Origin: Mustelus asterias
Lineage: Eukaryota
NCBI RefSeq assembly: GCF_964213995.1
Contig: NW_027590745.1
Span: 1-64,000 of the forward strand
DNA: 64,000 bases
Direction of reading: 5' to 3'
Shown: positions 62,910 through 64,000 of the stretch, one piece after another
How the letters are laid out: each line of letters opens with the position of its first letter
Numbering within the stretch: the first letter of the stretch is position 1
Position numbers and translations under genes: made by a program
The notes under the pieces: model-generated
Seen by the model: the letters and a program-made list of their open reading frames with translations, nothing else
The model's database searches: none
Told to the model about the DNA's origin: nothing

Positions 62910-63395
62910 TCTGGGATAAAAGCATTGTCCTATGATGAGAGACTGAGGAAATTGTGTTCACCTTCTCTTGAGTTTAGAAGAATGAGAGCTGATCTAATTG
63001 AAACATACAAGATCAGGAAGGGGCTGGACAGGGTAGAAACTGAGAGGGTGTTTTCCCCTGACTGGTGAATCTAGATGTGGAGATGCCGGCGTTGGACTGG
63101 GGTAAGCACAGTACACTTCTTACTGGTGAATCTAGAACATGGGGGCACAGTCTTAGGACAGGGGTCAATCATTTAGGAATGAGGAATTCCTTCACTGAAA
63201 GGGTTGCGAATCTTTGGAATTCTCTACCCCAGAGGGTTGCAGATGTTTGAGTATATTTCAGGTTGAAGTAGATGGATATTTTTGATCTCTCATGTATTCG
63301 AGGGTTTGTGTGTGTAGTGGAGGTGAAGATGAAGATCAGCCGTATTTGTAATGTATGGCGGAGGATGCTTGTCTATTCCCGCTCCTATGTTCTCA
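62910..63395 (+). mobile_element. Decayed CR1 3' fragment
   Basis: LSYDERLRKL...FRRMRADLIETYKI...NLWNSLPQRV. Confidence 0.8.
63076..63121 (-). mobile_element. 46-bp Penelope tail-only insertion
   Basis: tgtggagatgccggcgttggactggggtaagcacagta plus inverted acttctt; 15-bp duplication actggtgaatctaga (63061 and 63122). Confidence 0.88.
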
Positions 63396-64000
63396 ACCAG
63401 CTGCCCTCTCCCAAACCCACTCATGTTTTTCAAATGTCTTTGAAATTCCTGTTGACTATTCCCAATATGCTCTGATATCTTTAGATAAGGGCTACTCTTC
63501 CTCCAGGTTCACACTCGCGCACTTCAACTTTTATATTTCGTTCACTTACAAAATCTCATGTCCTCCATCCCACAGAATTGCAGTTAGCTCTCCATTAACT
63601 CCACCCAGAGCTGCTGGGTTAAGAGACTCATGGGTCTAGCATTAAAGAGAGGTGGTGAGGAGAGTGTGGTGATGTGGGGCACACACAGCAAGGTGGGGCA
63701 CTCCCACAGCATTGTACCCTCCTCGTTAAAACAGCAAAAGTGGGTATTCGACAGGTTGGGGACACAATACCTATTTATCCATATAAAATCTTTACCCTCC
63801 TTGACCCTCCTCTGCCCATCGGTATTCTCTTAACATTGGGGATATTACTATAATACCGAAGCCTCAGCTTTGGGGATCCTGAACTGAAGGGTGGGTGGAC
63901 TCTGGATTAAGGATTCTGAGCATCAGTATAACCCTGGAGAAGATTCCCCTCTCACTCCTAGGGTCTAAACCTATGGCCAGTTCCAAGTCTATCTGCTGTG

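Overview
Repeat-dominated, gene-poor vertebrate DNA. The mix of HE1-type V-SINEs, Deu-domain SINEs, CR1 LINEs, hammerhead-bearing Penelope-like elements and Rex1/Babar points to a cartilaginous fish, probably a shark (inference). I could not identify an intact host gene; two unassigned candidate terminal exons are flagged at low confidence. The window holds C-rich and CA-rich microsatellites, three large minisatellites (42, 41 and 20 bp units), an 809-N gap, two young CR1 insertions, four decayed LTR retrotransposons, a decayed two-ORF PIF/Harbinger transposon with a family of ~120-bp MITEs, and many SINEs. Three observations stand out. (1) Short Penelope-derived insertions have the form target duplication / terminus / core / inverted terminus / target duplication, and in two cases the core is a mosaic of DNA copied from 0.5-1.8 kb away in this same locus. 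(2) A SCAN-domain (Gmr1-like) LTR element has its pol region replaced by a spliced SRSF4-like cDNA fragment. (3) A ~250-bp retroposon headed by the 5' end of U2 snRNA sits between target-site duplications inside an LTR. Coordinates were read by eye, and boundaries of decayed repeats are approximate.
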